A DNA stretch of 64,000 nt from assembly GCA_035632415.1 (NCBI GenBank), contig DASQGW010000153.1, positions 4,821-68,820 on the forward strand. Direction: 5' to 3'. The notes under the pieces are model-generated. The model did no database searches and was not told the DNA's origin. It saw only the letters and a program-made list of their open reading frames with translations. The position numbers were made by a program, and so were the translations under genes. Source of the DNA: Burkholderiales bacterium (GTDB taxonomy: Bacteria; Pseudomonadota; Gammaproteobacteria; Burkholderiales; SG8-39). This document shows, piece after piece, positions 1-10,090 of the stretch (the first letter of the stretch is position 1; each line of letters begins with the position of its first letter).

Positions 1-409
1 TCGACTCGGCGATCGAGCCGAGCCGGCTCGACATCATGGCGATCACCTTCCGCTTGCTCGCCGCCACGTTTTCCACCAGCGCCTCGGCGAGCGCTGCCGC
101 GCCGAGCACGTTGACGCGCAGCAGCTCTTCCCATGAAGAAAAATCGAAGCTGCCGAGCGCGCTGCCGCGCTTGCCGATGATGCCGGCATTGCAGAAGAGG
201 ACATCGAGCGGGACGCCGCGCAGCGCCTTGGCAAGGCTCGCGATCTGCCCGCGATCGGTGACATCCACCCTCTGCCGCTCGACACCGGACGCAAGCTTGG
301 CCTTCGCATCGCGCACGGTGCCGATCACGCGCCAGCCCTCTTCGGCGTATTGCCGGGCGAGCTCGAAGCCAAGGCCGCGACCCGCGCCGCTGATGAGGAT
401 GCTGCTCAA
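1..409 (-). CDS. SDR-family oxidoreductase, N-terminal part (gene runs off the left window edge)
   Basis: Own reverse-strand translation from TTG at 409: LSSILISGAGRGLGFELARQYAEEGWRVIGTVRDAKAKLASGVERQRVDVTD; Rossmann-type GAGRGLG motif. Absent from the ORF track because it is truncated. Start abuts the stop (411) of the upstream gene. Confidence 0.7.
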   Translation of the reverse strand, partial: MSSILISGAGRGLGFELARQYAEEGWRVIGTVRDAKAKLASGVERQRVDVTDRGQIASLAKALRGVPLDVLFCNAGIIGKRGSALGSFDFSSWEELLRVNVLGAAALAEALVENVAASKRKVIAMMSSRLGSIAES

Positions 410-410
410 G

Positions 411-851
411 TCAGTCGGGCACGGGGACGGTGCGAAAGGTCGCCTCGAAGAGCGCGCGCTCGTCGTCGTCGATGAGCGCGCTGCCCAGCGTCTTCGCGCG
501 CTGGTAGTGCATTCTGTGCAGCGACTGCTCGCCATTCGCGGCCGCCGCGTTCGCCATCACGGCATGGGCAAAGGCGACCTGCCACGCGGGGATGTCTTCA
601 TCATCCTCATGGCTCGTCACGAACGCAAAAGCCTCGCGCGCATACTGCAATGCTTGCTTGCCGTTGCCGAGCAGGGCATGCACCTGCCCGAGGAGGATCG
701 CGGCGCGAGCGCGCTCGAGCTCGTCGTCCACCTCGCCCCAGTGCGCCGCGATCGCATTCGCCGCGGCGAGCATCTCCTCGTCCTCTGTCTTTGTCCGAGA
801 GGGCTTCTCGGCGAGCCGCCACGCACGGCCATTGAGCTCGTCGGGTTCCAT
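411..851 (-). CDS. hypothetical acidic, helix-rich protein (146 aa)
   Basis: Track ORF 411..851; non-repetitive, balanced composition, unlike the overlapping Arg/Ala/Ser-rich plus-strand ORFs; tightly packed between neighbouring minus-strand genes. No family recognised. Confidence 0.55.
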   Translation of the reverse strand: MEPDELNGRAWRLAEKPSRTKTEDEEMLAAANAIAAHWGEVDDELERARAAILLGQVHALLGNGKQALQYAREAFAFVTSHEDDEDIPAWQVAFAHAVMANAAAANGEQSLHRMHYQRAKTLGSALIDDDERALFEATFRTVPVPD

Positions 852-861
852 GGCGCGTAAT

Positions 862-1905
862 TTACAGCGCGCCGATCACCGCTGCAGTGACCTCGCGCGT
901 GCGGGCATTGCCGCCGAGGTCCGGCGTGAAGATTCTCCTCGCTGTCACCGCCTCGACGGCCTGCATCAGCCGTGCGGAGCCCCGGGTTTCACCGAGGTGC
1001 TCGAGCATCATCGCAGCGGTCCAGAAGGTGGCGATCGGGTTGGCGACACCTTTCCCGGTGATGTCGAACGCCGAGCCGTGGATCGGCTCGAACATCGAGG
1101 GAAAGCGGCGCTCGGGATTCAGGTTCGCCGTCGGCGCTATGCCGAGCGACCCGGAAAGCGCCGCCGCCAGGTCCGACAGGATGTCCGCGTGCAGGTTGGA
1201 GGCCACGACGGTGTCGAGGGCGCCAGGGTTCAGCACCATGCGGGTTGTCATTGCGTCGACCAACATCCGCTCGGTCTTCACGTCGGGGAAACTCTTGGCG
1301 ACTGCGTAGAAGATCTCGTCCCAAAGCACCATGCCGTGCCGCTGGGCATTGGACTTCGTCACCAGGGTCAGGTGCTTGCGCGGGCGTTTGCGCGCCAGCT
1401 CGAAAGCGAAGCGATGCACGCGCTCGACGCCGCTCCGCGTGAAGGTCGCGATCTCCATCGCCACCTCGTTGTCGAGGCCGGTGTGCACGCGTCCGCCCGC
1501 GCCGGAGTACTCGCCTTCGGTGTTTTCGCGCACGATGACCCAGTCGATCGCGGCGCCCTTGTCCAAGGGCGATTTGATTCCGGGCAGGACTCGCGCCGGC
1601 CGCACATTGGCGTACTGGTCGAAGCCCTGGCAGATCGGCAGGCGCAGGCCCCAGAGCGAGAGATGGTCCGGCACGTCGGGCGCGCCGACGGCGCCGAAGA
1701 AGATGGCGTCGAATGCCTTCAGCTTCTCGAGTCCGCCTTCGGGGATATAGCGGCCGGTCTGCTGGAAGCGCTTCGAGCTCCAGTCGAAGTGCTCGAACTC
1801 GAGGCGAAAGCCGTCCTGCAGCTTCTCGAGGACTTCAATTCCCGCCGGAATGACCTCGTTGCCGATCCCGTCGCCGGGAATGGCAGCGATGCGGTACGTC
1901 TTCAC
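862..1905 (-). CDS. tartrate dehydrogenase/decarboxylase-like (isocitrate/isopropylmalate dehydrogenase family)
   Basis: 347 aa. IAAIPGDGIGNEV N-terminus, LWGLRLPICQGFDQYANVRP, VRENTEGEYSG, ASNLHADILSDLAAAL and FEPIHGSAFDITGKGVANP closely match my recollection of TtuC/D-malate dehydrogenase-type enzymes. Confidence 0.85.
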   Translation of the reverse strand: MKTYRIAAIPGDGIGNEVIPAGIEVLEKLQDGFRLEFEHFDWSSKRFQQTGRYIPEGGLEKLKAFDAIFFGAVGAPDVPDHLSLWGLRLPICQGFDQYANVRPARVLPGIKSPLDKGAAIDWVIVRENTEGEYSGAGGRVHTGLDNEVAMEIATFTRSGVERVHRFAFELARKRPRKHLTLVTKSNAQRHGMVLWDEIFYAVAKSFPDVKTERMLVDAMTTRMVLNPGALDTVVASNLHADILSDLAAALSGSLGIAPTANLNPERRFPSMFEPIHGSAFDITGKGVANPIATFWTAAMMLEHLGETRGSARLMQAVEAVTARRIFTPDLGGNARTREVTAAVIGAL

Positions 1906-2981
1906 GCAGGCACTTTGGACTGCGCGCGAACCGCTTCCGCGACGGCCGCGCCCACTTCGGCGGTGCTCGCCTTGCCCTTCATGTCGGGCGTGTGCGGTCC
2001 GTCGATGATCACCTGCTCGATCGCCTTCACGATGTCGGCGGCCGCCTTGTGATGGCCGAGGTGCTCGAGCATCAGCGCCCCGGACCAGATCGTCGCGAGC
2101 GGGTTGGCGATCTTCTTGCCGGCGATGTCCGGCGCCGAGCCATGCACCGGCTCGAAGATGGAGGGTGCGGTGCGCTCGGGATTGATGTTGCCCGAGGCGG
2201 CGATGCCGATCGTTCCCGCCGTGGCCGGGCCGAGATCGGAAATGATGTCGCCGAAGAGGTTCGAGGCGACGATGACGTCGAAGCGGTCGGGGTTGAGCAC
2301 CATCTGGATGGTGAGCCCGTCGATGTGATACCAGCTCGTGCGCACATCGGGGTAGTTCTTGCTCATCGCGGCGAAGCGCTCGTCCCAGTAAGGCATGGTG
2401 ATCGAGATGCCGTTCGACTTCGTCGCCGAGGTCACGTGCTTTTTCCGCGTGCGCGCGAGCTCGAACGCATACTTCATGATGCGGTCGGTGCCCTTGCGCG
2501 AGAACACGGCCTGCTGCATCACGACCTCATCGGGGGTATTTTCCCTGAAGCGACCACCAATTCCGCCGTATTCGCCCTCGGTGTTCTCGCGGATCACGTA
2601 GTAGTCGATGTCGCCGGGCTTGCGGCCGACGAGCGGGCAGGGCATGCCCTTGAACAGGCGCACCGGCCGCAGGTTCACGTAGAGATCGAAGATGCGGCGG
2701 AAGTCGATCAGCAAGCCCCAGACCGAGATGTGGTCGGGCACGCGTTTCGGATCGCCCACCGCGCCGAAGAAGATCGCGTCGAACGTGCGCAGGATGTCGG
2801 GCGCGTCATCCGGGCGCATTCTTCCGTGCTTCATGTAGTAGTCGCAGCTCCAGTCGAACTCCGTCCAGTTGAGACGGATGCCGTGCTTGGCACCGACCGC
2901 TTCGAGAACGCGCACGCCTTCCGGAATCACTTCGCGGCCGATTCCGTCGCCGGGGATGACTGCTATGCGATGTTCTTTCAT
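1902..2981 (-). CDS. isocitrate/3-isopropylmalate dehydrogenase family protein (second tandem paralog)
   Basis: Part of track ORF 1902..3119. I chose the internal ATG at 2981 (MKEHRIAVIPGDGIGREV) because the family N-terminus starts there. IRENTEGEYGG, ASNLFGDIISDL, FEPVHGSAPDIAGK motifs. Stop overlaps the start of the downstream paralog by 4 nt. Confidence 0.85.
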   Translation of the reverse strand: MKEHRIAVIPGDGIGREVIPEGVRVLEAVGAKHGIRLNWTEFDWSCDYYMKHGRMRPDDAPDILRTFDAIFFGAVGDPKRVPDHISVWGLLIDFRRIFDLYVNLRPVRLFKGMPCPLVGRKPGDIDYYVIRENTEGEYGGIGGRFRENTPDEVVMQQAVFSRKGTDRIMKYAFELARTRKKHVTSATKSNGISITMPYWDERFAAMSKNYPDVRTSWYHIDGLTIQMVLNPDRFDVIVASNLFGDIISDLGPATAGTIGIAASGNINPERTAPSIFEPVHGSAPDIAGKKIANPLATIWSGALMLEHLGHHKAAADIVKAIEQVIIDGPHTPDMKGKASTAEVGAAVAEAVRAQSKVPA

Positions 2982-3005
2982 GGCGGGCAGTATATAGAAT
3001 CGCCC

Positions 3006-3677
3006 ATGCGAGATTTTCGAAAATTCGCGGCTTTCGAAACGTCGAGCGAATGGTGCTCGGTCGCGCTCTCGGTCGATGGAGACATCGTCGGCACCGAGCG
3101 GCGCGCAGGCCATCGCCACTCGGAGCTTGCGCTGCCCATGCTAGAAGACTTGCTGGCGAATGCGAGCTTGCGGATGCCCGATCTCCAGGCGATCGCATTC
3201 GGAGCCGGGCCGGGATCGTTCACCGGCCTGCGTATCGCCTGCGGGCTTGCGCAGGGCCTGGCGCTCGCGCGCGAACTGCCGGTGATCGGCATCTCTTCGC
3301 TGGAGGCGATCGCCGAGGAATCGGGCGAATCGCGCGTCGTGGCTTGCATCGATGCGCGGATGCGCGAAGTGTATTATTCGGCGCTCGAAAAGAAGGGCGA
3401 GCGGTGGCAGGAGGTGGTCGCGGCGCAGTGCCTCGCGCCGGAGAACGCGCCAAGGCCGCCGGGCACGGACTGGATCGGCGTCGGCAACGGCTTCGCGGTG
3501 TATGGAAATCTCGGATTGAAGAAAGTGCTGCCCGAAGTGCATCCCACCGCGATCGCGGTGGCGCGCCTCGCCAGGCCGCGGCTCGCGGCCGGTGAGGGTG
3601 TTGACGCGGCGCGCGCAGCGCCGACCTACGTCCGCGACAGGGTCGCGTTCACCAAGGCGGAGCTTGCAGCCCGATGA
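3006..3677 (+). CDS. tsaB: tRNA threonylcarbamoyladenosine (t6A) biosynthesis protein TsaB
   Basis: C-terminal 223 codons of track ORF 1992..3677, from ATG 3006. FETSSEWCSVAL ... FGAGPGSFTGLRIACGLAQGLA is typical of YeaZ/TsaB. ATGA overlap with rimI, the usual partner. Confidence 0.85.
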   Translation: MRDFRKFAAFETSSEWCSVALSVDGDIVGTERRAGHRHSELALPMLEDLLANASLRMPDLQAIAFGAGPGSFTGLRIACGLAQGLALARELPVIGISSLEAIAEESGESRVVACIDARMREVYYSALEKKGERWQEVVAAQCLAPENAPRPPGTDWIGVGNGFAVYGNLGLKKVLPEVHPTAIAVARLARPRLAAGEGVDAARAAPTYVRDRVAFTKAELAAR

Positions 3678-4135
3678 GCGCGGTCCTCAAGGACGATCCC
3701 GAGCTCGAGCGGATGCGGGATGAAGACCTGGCCGAGGTGATGGCGATCGAGCAGGCGATCTATACGCACCCGTGGACGCAGAACAATTTTGTCGACTCGA
3801 TCCGCGCGGGCTATGAATGCCGCACGTGGCGGCTGAACGGCGAGCTCGTCGGCTACTTCATCCTGATGGTGGCGGCCGGTGAGGCGCACCTTCTCAATCT
3901 TTCGATCGCGCAGCCGCACCAGCGGCGGGGCTACGGCGCGGTGCTGCTCAGCGAGGTGAGCGCGCTTGCACGCGGCCTCGGCGCGATGAATGTCTTCCTG
4001 GAAGTAAGGCCGAGCAATCGTGCCGCGCAGAAGCTCTATACCCGCTTCGGCTTCCGCAAGGTCGCGGTGCGCCGCGGCTACTATCCGGCGCACGCCGGCC
4101 GCGAAGACGCCCTCGTCTTTTCGCTCGCGCTGTGA
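3674..4135 (+). CDS. rimI: ribosomal-protein-alanine N-acetyltransferase RimI (GNAT)
   Basis: 153 aa; GNAT acetyl-CoA motif QPHQRRGYGAVLL ... AQKLYTRFGF; conserved tsaB-rimI pairing. Confidence 0.85.
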   Translation: MSAVLKDDPELERMRDEDLAEVMAIEQAIYTHPWTQNNFVDSIRAGYECRTWRLNGELVGYFILMVAAGEAHLLNLSIAQPHQRRGYGAVLLSEVSALARGLGAMNVFLEVRPSNRAAQKLYTRFGFRKVAVRRGYYPAHAGREDALVFSLAL

Positions 4136-4797
4136 CGCGCCGGCACGAGGTGCTCGCCGAGATGGGCCTCGCGCCGGTCTGGCGGCTGCGCCGCAGCAAT
4201 CAAGGCGGTCCGGCGAGCGAGCCGCTCGTCCCCGCGGAGGCGGGGACCCCGTGGATCGAGATCAAGCGGGCCGTCCCGGCCTGCACCGCCTGCGCTCTGC
4301 ACAAGACGCGCACGCAGACGGTGTTCGGGGTCGGCGACGAGCAGGCCGACTGGATGCTGATCGGCGAAGCGCCGGGTGCGGAGGAAGATCGGCTCGGCGA
4401 GCCTTTCGTCGGCCAGGCCGGGAAGCTCCTCGACAACATGCTCGCGGCGATAAGTCTCAAGCGCGGCGAGAACGTCTACATCGCGAACGTGCTCAAGTGC
4501 CGGCCGCCCGGCAATCGCAATCCGGAGCCCGATGAAGTCGAGAAGTGCACGCCGTTCCTCAAGCAACAGATTGCGCTCGTGCAGCCGAAGCTGATCATCG
4601 CCATGGGGAGGTTCGCGGCCCAGACGCTGCTCGCGAGCGACGCGACCATCGCCAGCCTGCGCGGGCGGGTGTTCCGCTACGAGGGCGTGCCGCTCGTCGT
4701 CACGTATCACCCGGCCTACCTGCTGCGCAACCTTCCCGACAAGGCGAAGGCCTGGGCCGATCTCGTCTTCGCCAGGAAGACGATGGCTGCGCTCTAG
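4132..4797 (+). CDS. uracil-DNA glycosylase, family 4
   Basis: GTG start overlapping the rimI stop. CTACALH cluster Cys residues, GEAPGAEED and HPAYLLR motifs typical of family 4 UDG. Confidence 0.85.
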   Translation: MTRRHEVLAEMGLAPVWRLRRSNQGGPASEPLVPAEAGTPWIEIKRAVPACTACALHKTRTQTVFGVGDEQADWMLIGEAPGAEEDRLGEPFVGQAGKLLDNMLAAISLKRGENVYIANVLKCRPPGNRNPEPDEVEKCTPFLKQQIALVQPKLIIAMGRFAAQTLLASDATIASLRGRVFRYEGVPLVVTYHPAYLLRNLPDKAKAWADLVFARKTMAAL

Positions 4798-6089
4798 CCG
4801 GGGCGCTTCATGTGCGGGTCTTCGGCGCGCGCGAAGGCGAGCAGACGCTCGAGCTCTTCGGCATGCGCGCGGCGGTTGTGCAAGTACCAGAGCTGCACGA
4901 GCCCCATGGTGCAGGAGACGAAGAGGCCGAAGAGCAGCACCACGAGGTAGATCGACTGGCCGACGTTCAGCAGGAGCGAGTACATCGCGATCATCAGGAG
5001 GATCGAGACGTTCTCGTTGAAGTTCTGCACTGCGATCGAGCGCCCGGCGCCGACGAGGTGATGGCCGCGATGCTGGAGCAGCGCGTTCATCGGCACGACG
5101 AAGAAGCCCGCCAGGCCGCCGATCACGATCATGAGTGCCACGGCAAGCCATACCTGGGTGACGAAGATCATGGCGATCACGACGACGCCCATGACGATGC
5201 CGAGCGGAATAACGCGCACCGAGCGGTCGAGCGACACCCAGGCGGACGCAAGGATCGCGCCGATCGCGATGCCGACCGCCGTGACCCCCTGCAGGATCGC
5301 GGCCTTGGAGAGGTCGAAATGCAGTGCGACGCGCGCCCACTCGATGACGATGAACTGGAGCGTCGCGCCTGCGCCCCAGAAGAGCGTGGTGACGCCGAGC
5401 GAGATCTGCCCGAGGCGATCCCTCCAGAGAAGCCCGACGCAGCGCGCGAAGTCGCCGAGCGTCTGCAGCGGATCGGCCGGCAGGTGCTTGAGCGTCACGC
5501 CGGTGCGCGGCACCTCGAGGTTGAAAAGCGCGGCGACGGCGTAGACCACCACGATGATGGCGATCGCCGCTTGGGCCGGCGTGTCGATGCCGGTATCGAT
5601 GAACGGAAAATCGAAGTGCAGCAGCACGCCGGAGACCTTGGCATGCAGCAGCAGCCCGCCGATCATCGTCCCCAGGATGATGGAGGCGACCGTCAGGCCC
5701 TCGATCCAGCCGTTCGCGACGACCAGCTGGCGGTGGGGCAGGTACTCGGTGAGGATGCCGTACTTCGCCGGCGAATACGCCGCGGCGCCGAGGCCGACGA
5801 CCGCGTACGCGGCGAGCGGGTCCAGTCCCCACAGCATGAGCACGCAGCCGACGATCTTCACGCTGTTGGCGAGGAACATCACCTGGCCCTTCGGCAGGCG
5901 ATCGGCGAAAGCGCCGACATACGGCGCGAGCAGGACGTAGGAGATGACGAAGAAGAACTTCAGGTACGGCGTGAGCCAGGAGGGCGCGTCGGCCTGCATG
6001 AGCAGCGCGATCGCCGCGACCAGCAGCGCATTGTCGGCGAGCGACGAGAAAAACTGCGCCGCCATGATGATGTAGAACCCGCGATTCAC
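4794..6089 (-). CDS. lplT: lysophospholipid transporter LplT (MFS)
   Basis: 431 aa, polytopic. N-terminus MNRGFYIIMAAQFFSSLADNALL and GAFADRLPKG are characteristic of LplT. Confidence 0.8.
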   Translation of the reverse strand: MNRGFYIIMAAQFFSSLADNALLVAAIALLMQADAPSWLTPYLKFFFVISYVLLAPYVGAFADRLPKGQVMFLANSVKIVGCVLMLWGLDPLAAYAVVGLGAAAYSPAKYGILTEYLPHRQLVVANGWIEGLTVASIILGTMIGGLLLHAKVSGVLLHFDFPFIDTGIDTPAQAAIAIIVVVYAVAALFNLEVPRTGVTLKHLPADPLQTLGDFARCVGLLWRDRLGQISLGVTTLFWGAGATLQFIVIEWARVALHFDLSKAAILQGVTAVGIAIGAILASAWVSLDRSVRVIPLGIVMGVVVIAMIFVTQVWLAVALMIVIGGLAGFFVVPMNALLQHRGHHLVGAGRSIAVQNFNENVSILLMIAMYSLLLNVGQSIYLVVLLFGLFVSCTMGLVQLWYLHNRRAHAEELERLLAFARAEDPHMKRPG

Positions 6090-6150
6090 GTGGCTTTCAT
6101 GCCCGTCTCCTCCCCCGAGGAGGGCGGGCGTTTATAGCACAATAGGGACC

Positions 6151-7221
6151 ATGCCCCGTCCGATCCGCGCCGCCATCTCGGCGAGCGCTTTCGCACAGAA
6201 TCTTTCCGTCGCTCGCCGCCATGCCGGCGCGGCGAAGATCTGGGCGGTGATCAAGGCGAATGCGTATGGCCATGGCCTCGAGCGCGCGGCGAGCGCGCTT
6301 GCCGCCGCCGATGGCTTCGCCGTGCTCGACTTCCAGGAGGCGGCGCGGCTGCGCCTTGCCGGTGTAACGAAACCGATTCTCATGCTGGAAGGCGTGTTCA
6401 AGCCGCTCGACGTGCCGCTTCTCTCCCAGTACGCGCTCACGCCGGTCATCCACAACGCCGAGCAGGTCGACATGCTGCGCACGGGAGAGCTCCACGGCCC
6501 GCTCGACATTTATCTGAAACTGAATAGCGGCATGAACCGCCTCGGCTTCACCCCGGAGAACCTCGGCGCAAGCTACCGGGCGCTTCGCGAGAATCCGCGG
6601 ATCCGGTCGATCACTCTGATGACGCATTTCGCCGATGCCGATGGTCCTACGGGGGTCAAGGCGCAGCTTGAATGGTTCGGGGAAATGACACAATCTTTCC
6701 CGCACAAGCGCTCGCTCGCGAATTCCGCCGCGCTGCTCAGGTTTCCCGAGGCGCACGGCGAATGGGTGCGGCCCGGAATCATGCTCTATGGGTGCTCGCC
6801 TTTTGCCGATCGTCCCGCGGGGACACTTGACCTCAGGCCCGCGATGACGCTCACCTCCGAGATCATCGCGATGCAGCATCTACAGGCCGGAGAACGCGTC
6901 GGCTACGGCTTCAGTTACGAGGCGGTCGGCGAGCTCGAGATCGGCATCGTCGCCTGCGGCTATGCCGACGGCTATCCGCGCCACGCGCCGGTCGGCACGC
7001 CGGTGCTCGTCAACGGGCAGCGCACCCGCATCGTGGGTCGCGTATCGATGGACATGATCACCGTGGATTTGAGCGGCATGGCCGACGCCGGCGTCGGCTC
7101 GCCGGTCACGCTTTGGGGCGAAGGCCTCTCGGCCGACGAGGTCGCCGCCGCGGCCGGCACGCTCAGCTACGAGCTCCTCTGCGCGCTCGCGCCGCGCGTC
7201 CCGGTCACCGAGGTGCCGTAG
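6151..7221 (+). CDS. alr: alanine racemase
   Basis: 356 aa; PLP-lysine motif AVIKANAYGHG; C-terminal SYELLCAL; typical length. Confidence 0.92.
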   Translation: MPRPIRAAISASAFAQNLSVARRHAGAAKIWAVIKANAYGHGLERAASALAAADGFAVLDFQEAARLRLAGVTKPILMLEGVFKPLDVPLLSQYALTPVIHNAEQVDMLRTGELHGPLDIYLKLNSGMNRLGFTPENLGASYRALRENPRIRSITLMTHFADADGPTGVKAQLEWFGEMTQSFPHKRSLANSAALLRFPEAHGEWVRPGIMLYGCSPFADRPAGTLDLRPAMTLTSEIIAMQHLQAGERVGYGFSYEAVGELEIGIVACGYADGYPRHAPVGTPVLVNGQRTRIVGRVSMDMITVDLSGMADAGVGSPVTLWGEGLSADEVAAAAGTLSYELLCALAPRVPVTEVP

Positions 7222-8576
7222 TGGCGAAGGCGAAGACGGCCTACGTGTGCGCGGAATGCGGCGCCTCCGCGCTGCAATGGTTCGGCACTTGCCCTTCGTG
7301 CGGCGCCGCCGGCACGCTGACGGAGACGGCGGTGGAGAAGGGCGGCGCGACCCACCGCTACGCCGCCGAAGGAGCCAAGGCGATCGCCCTTGAGGCAGTC
7401 AACGCGAGCGAGCTCGAGCGCATGCCAAGCGGCCTGCCGGAGCTCGACCGCGCGCTCGGCAGCGGCCTCGTCGCCGGGCAGGTTGCCCTCCTCGGCGGCG
7501 ATCCCGGCATCGGCAAATCGACGCTGCTGCTGCAGGCGCTCCACGCCGTATCCGGTTCCCTGCCGACGCTCTATGTGACCGGCGAGGAATCGGCCGAGCA
7601 GGTCGCGATGCGCGCGCGCCGCCTCGGGCTGCAGCCAACCGCCCTGCGGCTCTTCGCCGAAACGCAGCTCGAGCGCGTAATTGCAACGCTCGATTCGGCA
7701 AGGCCGCGCGTCGCCGTGGTCGATTCGATCCAGACGCTGTGGTCCGACACGCTGCAATCGGCCCCCGGGTCGGTCGCCCAGGTGCGAGAGTGCGCGGCCC
7801 AGCTCACGCGCCACGCGAAGCGCAATGGCATCGCTCTCCTTCTCATCGGTCACGTGACGAAGGAGGGCGCCATCGCGGGCCCGCGCGTGCTCGAGCATAT
7901 CGTCGACACCGTCCTTTATTTCGAGGGCGATCCGCACTCGGCCTTCCGCCTGGTACGGGCGGTGAAGAACCGGTTCGGCGCGGTGAACGAGCTCGGCGTC
8001 TTCGCGATGACGGAAAAGGGGCTGCGCGGCGTGAGCAATCCGTCGGCGCTCTTCCTTTCCACGCATGAGAAGCCGGTGGCCGGCTCGTGCGTGCTGGTCA
8101 CGATCGAAGGCACCCGTCCCTTGCTGGTCGAGATCCAGGCGCTGGTCGACTCGGCGCACACGCCGAATCCGCGGCGCCTCTCGGTCGGCCTCGAGCAGAA
8201 TCGCCTCGCCATGCTGCTTGCCGTGCTTCACCGCCACGCCGGACTCGCCACTTGGGAGCAGGACGTCTTCGTCAACGCCGTGGGCGGAGTGCGCATCGCC
8301 GAGCCGGCGGCCGATCTCGCGGTCTCGCTTGCCGTGGTCTCTTCGCTCACCGATCGAGCGATCGCCGGCAAGGTCGCGGTGTTTGGCGAGATTGGCCTCG
8401 CCGGCGAAGTTCGCCCCGCGCCGCGCGGCCAGGAGCGGCTGAAGGAAGCCGCCAAGCTCGGCTTCGAGAAGGTCATCATCCCGCGCGCCAATGCGCCGAA
8501 GACAAAGATCGCGAACCTCGAGGTCCTTCCGGTCGAGCGCGTCGACCAGGCCGTTCAGCTGCTGCGCAACCTCTGA
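7221..8576 (+). CDS. radA: DNA repair protein RadA
   Basis: In-frame GTG at 7221 within track ORF 7113..8576 (overlaps the alr TAG by 1 nt). Zinc finger CAECG...CPSCG, Walker A GGDPGIGKSTLLLQ, KNRFG motif, Lon-like C-terminal domain. Confidence 0.92.
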   Translation: MAKAKTAYVCAECGASALQWFGTCPSCGAAGTLTETAVEKGGATHRYAAEGAKAIALEAVNASELERMPSGLPELDRALGSGLVAGQVALLGGDPGIGKSTLLLQALHAVSGSLPTLYVTGEESAEQVAMRARRLGLQPTALRLFAETQLERVIATLDSARPRVAVVDSIQTLWSDTLQSAPGSVAQVRECAAQLTRHAKRNGIALLLIGHVTKEGAIAGPRVLEHIVDTVLYFEGDPHSAFRLVRAVKNRFGAVNELGVFAMTEKGLRGVSNPSALFLSTHEKPVAGSCVLVTIEGTRPLLVEIQALVDSAHTPNPRRLSVGLEQNRLAMLLAVLHRHAGLATWEQDVFVNAVGGVRIAEPAADLAVSLAVVSSLTDRAIAGKVAVFGEIGLAGEVRPAPRGQERLKEAAKLGFEKVIIPRANAPKTKIANLEVLPVERVDQAVQLLRNL

Positions 8577-8596
8577 ATTCCGGACGACGTCCTTAA

Positions 8597-9046
<450 letters not shown>

Positions 9047-10081
9047 CTACACGGCTGGCGGATTGCGGTCGATGAAGGTCGTGCGTTGATGCCAGTAGGG
9101 ATAGGCGAGCTGCACGGCGCTCGCTGCATCGAGCTTCGCCACCTGTTCCGTCGATAGCTTCCAGCCGACGGCACCCAGGTTCTGCTTCAACTGCTCCTCC
9201 GTACGAGCGCCGATGATGACCGTAGCGACCGTCGGCCGCTGCAGTAGCCAGTTGAGCGCGATTTGAGGAACGGTCTTCCCGGTCTCCTTCGCGATTGCAT
9301 CGAGCGCGTCCACGACTTTGTAAAGGTGCTCATCCGGCACCTGCGGCGCGCGGCTCATGGCAAGCTCGCTGCGTGCGCGGCTTACCTTGGGCAGCGGGTC
9401 GCCGCGTCGCACCTTGCCGGTAAGGCGTCCCCAGCCGAGGGGGCTCCAGACGACCGCGGAGACCTTCTGGTCGATGCCGAGCGGCATCAGCTCCCATTCG
9501 TAGTCGCGCCCGATGAGCGAGTAGTAAGCCTGGTGCGCGACGTAGCGCGGCAGCCCGTACTTCTCGGAGCATGCGAGGGACTTCATGAGATGCCAGCCCG
9601 AGAAGTTCGAGCAGCCGACGTAGCGGATCTTGCCGGCACGCACGAAGTCGTCGAGGGTGCGCAGCGCTTCCTCGACCGGCGTGAAGGCGTCAAAGCCGTG
9701 CAGCTGGTAGAGATCGATGTATGCCGTGCCGAGTCGCCGCAGGCTCGCGTCGATTGCTTTGGTGAGGTGGTGGCGCGACGAGCCGAGGTCGTTCGGGCCG
9801 GGGCCGCGGCGGAAGCTGCCTTTCGTGGAGATGAGCACCGACTCGCGGCGGCCCTTGATGGCCTGGCCGAGGATTTCCTCGGCGAGCCCGCTCGAGTAAC
9901 CGTCGGCGGAATCGAACATGTTGACGCCCGCCTCGAGGCAGATGTCGATCAGCCGTTTCGCTTCCGCGACGTCGCTCGAGCCCCAGGCCTTGAAGAACTC
10001 GTTGCCGCCGCCGAAGGTGCCGGTGCCGAACGTGAGCGCGGGGACCATCAGGCCGGACGCGCCGAGTTGCCGATATTCCAA
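9047..10081 (-). CDS. aldo/keto reductase
   Basis: 344 aa; MEYRQLGASGLMVPALTFGTGTFGG N-terminus, DSADGYS and YVGCSNFSGW motifs of the AKR family. Confidence 0.88.
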   Translation of the reverse strand: MEYRQLGASGLMVPALTFGTGTFGGGNEFFKAWGSSDVAEAKRLIDICLEAGVNMFDSADGYSSGLAEEILGQAIKGRRESVLISTKGSFRRGPGPNDLGSSRHHLTKAIDASLRRLGTAYIDLYQLHGFDAFTPVEEALRTLDDFVRAGKIRYVGCSNFSGWHLMKSLACSEKYGLPRYVAHQAYYSLIGRDYEWELMPLGIDQKVSAVVWSPLGWGRLTGKVRRGDPLPKVSRARSELAMSRAPQVPDEHLYKVVDALDAIAKETGKTVPQIALNWLLQRPTVATVIIGARTEEQLKQNLGAVGWKLSTEQVAKLDAASAVQLAYPYWHQRTTFIDRNPPAV

Positions 10082-10090
10082 TTGCTTCTC

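Noticed and set aside
36-2052. Long plus-strand track ORFs (36..860, 592..2052 and nested ones) overlapping the left-end genes
   Set aside because: Their translations are Ala/Arg/Ser/Pro-rich and low in complexity, and they lie antisense to minus-strand genes with clear family motifs (SDR, tartrate dehydrogenase-like). This is a typical high-GC alternate-frame artefact.
4081-6137. 583-aa minus-strand and 530-aa plus-strand ORFs across the UDG/lplT region
   Set aside because: Arg/Gly/Asp-rich nonsense composition. The same DNA encodes a recognisable family 4 UDG (plus strand) and LplT (minus strand) in other frames.
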